Virus record (IMG/VR): IMGVR_UViG_3300023289_000030
Span: 1 to 7,753 of that record
Length of the DNA stretch: 7,753 bases
Origin: a virus
Taxonomy: Duplodnaviria > Heunggongvirae > Uroviricota > Caudoviricetes
Strand: one strand, 5' to 3'
This document shows positions 7,596 through 7,753 of the stretch, piece after piece (within the stretch, counting starts at the first letter, position 1; each line of letters opens with the position of its first letter). The notes beneath the pieces were generated by a model. The model did not search any database. It saw only the letters and a list, made by a program, of their open reading frames with translations, and was not told the origin of the DNA. The position numbers and the translations under genes are program-made.

Positions 7596-7753
7596 ATGCT
7601 TATTGGTTATGTGAGAGTGTCAACAAATGACCAGAACACCGCATTACAGAGAAATGCGCTCGATAGCGCAGGATGTGAACTGATTTTTGAAGATAAGATA
7701 AGCGGAAAGACCTCGGAGAGGCCGGGGCTCAAAAAGGTACTCCGTATCTTGTC
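7596..7753 (+). CDS. pin: Serine DNA invertase, Gin/Pin/Hin/Cin family (5' partial, continues beyond window)
   Basis: N-terminus MLIGYVRVSTNDQNTALQRNALDSAGCELIFEDKISGKTSERPGLKK is near-identical in pattern to Gin/Pin N-termini as recalled, including the catalytic Ser in VRVSTNDQ. AGGGGA lies 7 nt before the ATG. The symbol pin is by analogy to e14; it could equally be annotated gin or cin. Confidence 0.9.
   Translation, partial: MLIGYVRVSTNDQNTALQRNALDSAGCELIFEDKISGKTSERPGLKKVLRIL

Noticed and set aside
7542-7596. Extension of the minus-strand fibre ORF to a TTG start at 7596 (track ORF 7021-7596)
   Set aside because: This stretch lies outside the invertible segment, overlaps the invertase start and upstream region, and uses a non-ATG start with no ribosome-binding site. 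The fibre C-terminal segment is a promoterless cassette that begins functionally at the crossover site.
1-7753. CRISPR array, tRNA or other RNA genes, diversity-generating retroelement
   Set aside because: No spaced direct repeats and no non-coding gap long enough for a tRNA. No reverse-transcriptase-like ORF or template/variable repeat pair. Fibre variation here is explained by site-specific inversion.

Overview
This window is the distal end of a Mu-type contractile-tail baseplate and tail-fibre gene block from an enterobacterial prophage, laid out like the e14 / phage Mu G-segment region. All confident genes except one pair are on the + strand and tightly coupled: the 3' end of an upstream tail gene (probably tape measure), a DNA-circularization protein (Mu N-like), baseplate hub, spike, gp46-like, J-like and YmfQ-like wedge proteins, then a short tail fibre and its assembly chaperone. 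The 3' part of the fibre gene, its chaperone and an oppositely oriented alternative chaperone plus promoterless alternative fibre C-terminus lie between two inverted 26-bp sites that resemble hix/gix crossover sites. Immediately downstream is the 5' end of a Gin/Pin/Hin-family serine invertase. I read this as a Pin-type invertible host-range switch of about 1.9 kb, a known class of system; I see no evidence for an undescribed system, no RNA genes and no CRISPR array. The minus-strand ORFs over 400-5700 are shadow frames of the + strand genes. All homology statements are from recall of protein families, not from a search.
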